From assembly GCF_001447785.1 (NCBI RefSeq), contig NW_015164181.1:1070504-1134503 (forward strand): 64,000 nt of DNA, read 5' to 3'. The stretch comes from Gekko japonicus. Taxonomy: Eukaryota. Below the pieces are notes generated by a model that saw nothing but the letters and a program-made list of their open reading frames with translations, was not told where the DNA came from and made no database searches. Positions 60,401-64,000 of the stretch are shown one piece after another (the first letter of the stretch is position 1; each line of letters opens with the position of its first letter). The translations under genes were made by a program, and so were the position numbers.

Positions 60401-61755
60401 TACATCTTCTAAACTCTGTTTCTAGTCTCAGTAAAGGAAAACTGTATCCTGACTGCGCTCAATTAATGAATTAAAGTGAACAGAATACAAAAATTATTCA
60501 TGAAGTACAAAATACATAAGATAAGTACAAAGTATATAAAGGTATTCAACAGTTATTAATTATTGTTATAGGTTGTTAACAATGATCTCTGGAATGTTCA
60601 GCCGTTTCGAAAGATATCTTCTTCTGAACAGATGAAGGAAAATGAAGAACATGTAATGTATCTGGTCAGTTTTTTAACTGGTACATTCCAAGAAATTAAT
60701 TACTTTCTCTGATATGTCAAAACATTACTGAGAGGAAGTTCCTGATGATTCCATACAGGGCAAAATGCTGTAAGATGCCTCCGGAGATCATCGTTAACAA
60801 CCTATAACAATAATCAATAACTGTTGAATACATTTATATATTTTGTACGTCATGAATAATTTTTGTATTCTGTTCACTTTAATATTTAAACATTAATTTA
60901 GCGCAGTCAGGATATAGTTTTCCTTTATTGGGATCCTTTTTTGAAGTACTTCTTGGCTGTTACCATCTACTTTAATCTAGTCTCAGTAAAGACAGGTCCA
61001 TTATCACAGCCATCAGAGAGGAGAGGAATCTTTCCTTTGCCAATAAGCAATGTTCCCTCTAAGCTGTGGAGTCTTGTGAGCAAAAATTCTACTTTGTGAG
61101 CTCCTAGCATTAAAGTCGTGAGTGAGCGATTTGGATACTGCATAAATTAGTTTGCTTGGGAGCCCTCCTTCCTGAGCTAAGACAAAAATGTGTGAGCTGG
61201 AGGCTAAAAAACTCTGAGCTAGCTCACACTAACTCAGCTTAGAGGGAACACTGCCAATAAGGTTGTAACCTGAATGGGCAGGAGAAGCGCATCCGGCCAC
61301 AACCCTGGTTCAGAGAACGATAACCTGATTAAAAGGAGGCAAAGGCATCTGGGTGAATTATTCTAAACGTGCCCCGAACAAAGGGCAGTTGCACTTCTTG
61401 ACAACCTGCACCTCAACAGTTGGGATACAAATTAGTTTACTTGAGTGTGCGTGCACACACACACACACATGTGCAGGCTTGAAACAAGCATGCACATGTT
61501 TATCGAGAACAACAGGCTGTGCGGCAGGTGCACTGAACTGAGCATTCTCGTCAAGGACTTCTTCCAGTTCATCACATCTAGAAAGTTAGCTAAGTGTATA
61601 AGGAAAAAACGTACCTCGCTGGATTCTGGGGGAGTGAAGTCTTCAGCCTGTTGCAAAGAGACATGCAGGCGATGTTTTCCTTGAAGGCTTTCGTTGTCCT
61701 TCTGGAGCCTCACCAACTCTTCAGAGACGCGCTCCCTCGACTGCATCAGGACCGC
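48316..61755 (-). CDS. RABEP1: Rabaptin-5 (RAB GTPase-binding effector 1), 3' part: last six coding exons; the rest lies beyond the window
   Basis: Exons 61755-61615, 55133-54944, 53058-53003, 51328-51230, 49380-49264, 48417-48316. Translation ends QRLQTELDVSEQVQRDFVKLSQTLQVQLERIRQADSLERIRAILNDTKLTDINQLPET*, the Rab5-binding C-terminus of RABEP1. Confidence 0.96.
49264..49380 (-). CDS. RABEP1: RABEP1 penultimate coding exon
   Basis: tag|ANLEQLMFEDKSKAQRLQTELDVSEQVQRDFVKLSQTLQ|gtaagg. Confidence 0.95.
50886..51091. mobile_element. About 206-bp hAT MITE, copy 2
   Basis: TIR CAATGTTCCCTCTAAGCTG; perfect TSD CTGCAGAC. Confidence 0.88.
51230..51328 (-). CDS. RABEP1: RABEP1 coding exon (3rd from last)
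   Basis: cag|LESTLQEKTQQLESLQERRNQLEEQLKKEIAAK|gtaagc. Confidence 0.94.
51645..51840 (+). mobile_element. 5S rRNA-derived SINE; other copies about 56385-56575 (-) and a 3' fragment at 1764-1850
   Basis: Head gatcttgtcagac..tgggagctaagcggggtcggccctggttagt..tgggatgggag resembles 5S rRNA; tail gggtcgcca.aagtcaactgcgactt. Confidence 0.7.
53003..53058 (-). CDS. RABEP1: RABEP1 coding exon (4th from last)
   Basis: cag|AAASSLKAELERIKAEKEQ|gtaagg. Confidence 0.92.
54944..55133 (-). CDS. RABEP1: RABEP1 coding exon (5th from last)
   Basis: cag|ELRELVLKYREDIISVRTAAEHLEEKLKAEILFLKEQIQAEQCFKENIEETLQLEIENCKEEI|gtgaga. Confidence 0.95.
55326..56100 (-). mobile_element. Sauria SINE interrupted by a CR1 3' fragment (55353-55797)
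   Basis: Sequence matches 22011-22358 on both sides of the CR1; TSD GAATC at 55348-55352 and 55798-55802. Confidence 0.8.
56583..56788. mobile_element. About 206-bp hAT MITE, copy 3 (opposite orientation)
   Basis: Perfect TSD GTCAGGAT. Confidence 0.88.
57100..58730 (-). mobile_element. BovB/RTE LINE, 5'-truncated and frameshifted, split by a solo LTR
   Basis: RT motifs GVQQGCISSPCLFNLYAE, INNLRYVDDTTLMAE, EIKRRLLLGRKAM, RRRIDSFELWCWR; (CAA)n tail at 57100. Confidence 0.92.
57749..58283 (+). mobile_element. Solo LTR (Gypsy-like), 535 bp
   Basis: TGTCA...TGACA termini; 5-bp TSD GGGCC; TATAA near 57823, AATAAA 58125-58130. Confidence 0.8.
58810..59000 (-). mobile_element. tRNA-derived SINE with CR1-like tail; related copies about 6090-6280, 14765-14945, 34250-34420, 42500-42690 (+), 55230-55325
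   Basis: Shared gctgccttat.ctgaatcagacc...agtattgtctactctgactg...gaacc.ggga...ccactgagcc pattern. Confidence 0.6.
60437..60975. mobile_element. Penelope-like insertion with long inverted arms
   Basis: 16-bp direct repeat TCTAGTCTCAGTAAAG at 60421-60436 and 60976-60991; inverted arms about 60426-60593 and 60780-60933; decayed hammerhead-like cores. Confidence 0.65.
61048..61253. mobile_element. About 206-bp hAT MITE, copy 4
   Basis: Perfect TSD CCAATAAG. Confidence 0.88.
61615..61755 (-). CDS. RABEP1: RABEP1 coding exon (6th from last)
   Basis: gag|AVLMQSRERVSEELVRLQKDNESLQGKHRLHVSLQQAEDFTPPESSE|gtacgt. Confidence 0.9.
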
Positions 61756-62439
61756 CTCCGGGGAAGAAACAAAGATGTAAAAAACTACAGTTCTGAATGC
61801 ATTGCCTCTGATCTGGTCATGTCTCATTCTTAACATTTTGGAAATTTGCAAACGATAAGAGTATTTGCTGTGTGAACCGCACAGGGGCCGGGGTCAACGT
61901 GTGCAAAATCCCTCTTCTGTGTCCCACTTTGCGAGGCCTCCCTCCCACAATCCAGATTAAGAACAATAAGAAACTCATTTCAAGAGCTGTTTAGGCATGA
62001 GGGGAAGCCAAGCATTGGTTTTAAAGTGTATACCGCAAACGTGCTCTTAGTAAACAGTTTCTGCGATGCCTTACAAAGTAGATGATTAACACAAAACAAC
62101 CAACAGCATACCCAATGAGACCACGAGACCACCTCCCAAAAGCACAACCAATCAAAATTAACTAAATTTAACCAAAGACCTGTACAACAGGCTAAGAAGA
62201 CCTGCCCTGGACACCAAGAATGGGAGGCCGACCCCAATGGACCGCCTGGAGGAGGGAGCCGGAGCCGAAGAATAGCTAACCCGCTACCTGGGTGCCGATA
62301 GGCAGCCCCACCCCCTGCACTATGTGGCCTTAGGTAAGGGAATTAAATTGCATTTGCAACCTGCCTGTAAACTGCTCTGAGACCTTCGGGTCAGAGCGGT
62401 ATATAAACTGAATGTAATCATAATAAATAAATACAAACA

Positions 62440-62880
62440 AAAGAAGCTTTCTCCCAAGACCTAGATTTAGAGGTGCCGGTTGAGCTGTTGTGGAGGGAGA
62501 ATTTTACAGAAGACGAGCTACTGCAGAGAAAGTTCCATCTCTGATGTTGATTCACTGGACCTCCAAGGGACTTTGGACAGTTATTGGTGGGTGGGCTTAT
62601 GTGGTCCTTTAAGTACCCTGGTCAAAGACCGGGTTGGGCTTTAAAAGCCAGTAAACCAGCATTTGGAATTGTGCTTGTAAGTGAATGGGCAACCAGGGTT
62701 AGTCTTTCAATACTGGTCAGACGCGATCACGGTAACTTGTGCCACTCAGCAATCTCACTGCACAATTGATGCTGCCAAACAGCCTTCAAGGAGCATATTG
62801 CAGTAGTCCAGTTTAGAGGTGATCAAAGCAGGAATAGATGCACCTATATCATGTTTATCAAGCAACGGCTGTGGCAGATA
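62440..62880 (-). mobile_element. Decayed L2 LINE fragment
   Basis: Minus strand encodes TSKLDYCNMLL (L2 SRLDYCN motif) and an HLQAQFQMLVYWL-like segment. Confidence 0.55.
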
Positions 62881-64000
62881 GAGCACCCCACTGAGTAAAG
62901 GAAAAATAGTATCCCTAAGTTACTGCCTAGACCAAAAAGATGTGCAGCATGAACGTCACCAGCATTTGACCTGAAGCTGCGGAATGAAGGATATTTGTGG
63001 TTCACTTGACAAACAGGAGAAAGAACTTGGGTGTTTCAAGGTCAGATGTCTCCGCTTCTTCAAATAACTTTGTCTTTTTATAGCTTTAGCAAGTTTGACA
63101 GTAAAAGTTAAAAAAAATCTATTGCAGAAAACACAATTTAACGGCTCATACTGGCATAATTCCAAGGGAATCTGGCAACATAATGCAAAGGGACTCAAAA
63201 GTGAACAGTCCTAGGAAGGCAGCGTATGGAATTGAAGGTGTGAAGGAGAAAGAAATCAAAACACAGTTCTCCTTAGGGTTTATGCTAGACATACAACATC
63301 TGGAAGGCACATCTATATGGTTAAAAAGCTGGCAAACATGATCCAGAGGCTATTTAGGCTCCTATAAACTGTATAGGTCACAGCGGGAACCAAGTGAGGG
63401 CTGGGGGAGTATTCAGGGTTCACCAGTGCTTTAAAGGCCTGGTAGGAAAGCTGGACATAAAATCGTAGATGTGATCTCGACCACCGGGTTGGTTCCACTT
63501 CAGATAAAATGAAGCTGTCCCAGAGCAGCCGCTCTAGGCTCCCAACACACAGTTTCCACATTCAGCACTTCTACAGTCATCACAAGAGCCTTAAGGCTAC
63601 AAAATGTATCATCCTGAGTTTACACCCCAAATTTGGCACCTTCAGCCCATGCCTGAACAACCTCTCTTGTCACAGTATGAACTCTGTATGAAAGGCAGTA
63701 ACAGAGTCCAGCTTCTGTCTCCGCTCTTCTTTTAACAAACATGGGGGGGGGGGGGGGGGGACGACTGTTGGGACTGCACCTACTTTGCTGGATCCTTCTG
63801 TGTCCATCAGTCTACAGGACAGCTGCTACTTTCCCTCTTGTTTGTGCACCTGACACCATCCTCCCTTCTCTTTCCCCCTTAGGGTGCTTGGCTGCCTCCT
63901 TTCCAAAGGCACAAACCTGTGCTCCACCAGCTCCAGCTCCCACTGGTCAAATAGAGGGAACAAGGGAATGGATGGACAACCAGCTCACTTAGCTATAACC

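Noticed and set aside
61756-64000. Further RABEP1 exons upstream of 61755
   Set aside because: No sequence encoding the preceding segment (...RDVQEQM) was found; intronic sequence and L2 remnants only.
1-64000. CRISPR arrays, operons or prokaryotic defence systems
   Set aside because: Spliced vertebrate genes and squamate repeats throughout; no regularly spaced repeat-spacer array.

Overview
Vertebrate (squamate, most likely gecko) genomic DNA, not prokaryotic. It holds five conserved housekeeping genes whose exons I traced by hand: DERL2 (minus strand, 7 coding exons, 239 aa), MIS12 (plus, one coding exon, 206 aa), RPAIN (minus, 7 exons, 230 aa), NUP88 (plus, 17 exons, 738 aa) and the last six coding exons of RABEP1 (minus). 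DERL2/MIS12 and RPAIN/NUP88 are head-to-head pairs sharing CpG-island promoters. Introns are full of squamate repeats: BovB/RTE, RTE-X-like, CR1, L2 and L1 LINE fragments, Sauria, Squam3-like and 5S-derived SINEs, hAT and Harbinger MITEs with intact target-site duplications (TSDs), a solo LTR and Penelope-like fragments. There are four N gaps. Most notable observations: (1) a BovB insertion that supplies most of the working splice donor of NUP88 intron 14; (2) Penelope-like inverted-repeat insertions with decayed hammerhead-ribozyme cores; (3) two consecutive U12-type introns in DERL2; (4) MIS12-DERL2 inverted relative to the human gene order; (5) upstream/overlapping ORFs and a perfect MITE hairpin around MIS12. 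I found no evidence of a wholly new multi-gene system. Repeat family names come from recalled consensus features and need RepeatMasker/Dfam confirmation; boundaries without a stated TSD are approximate.
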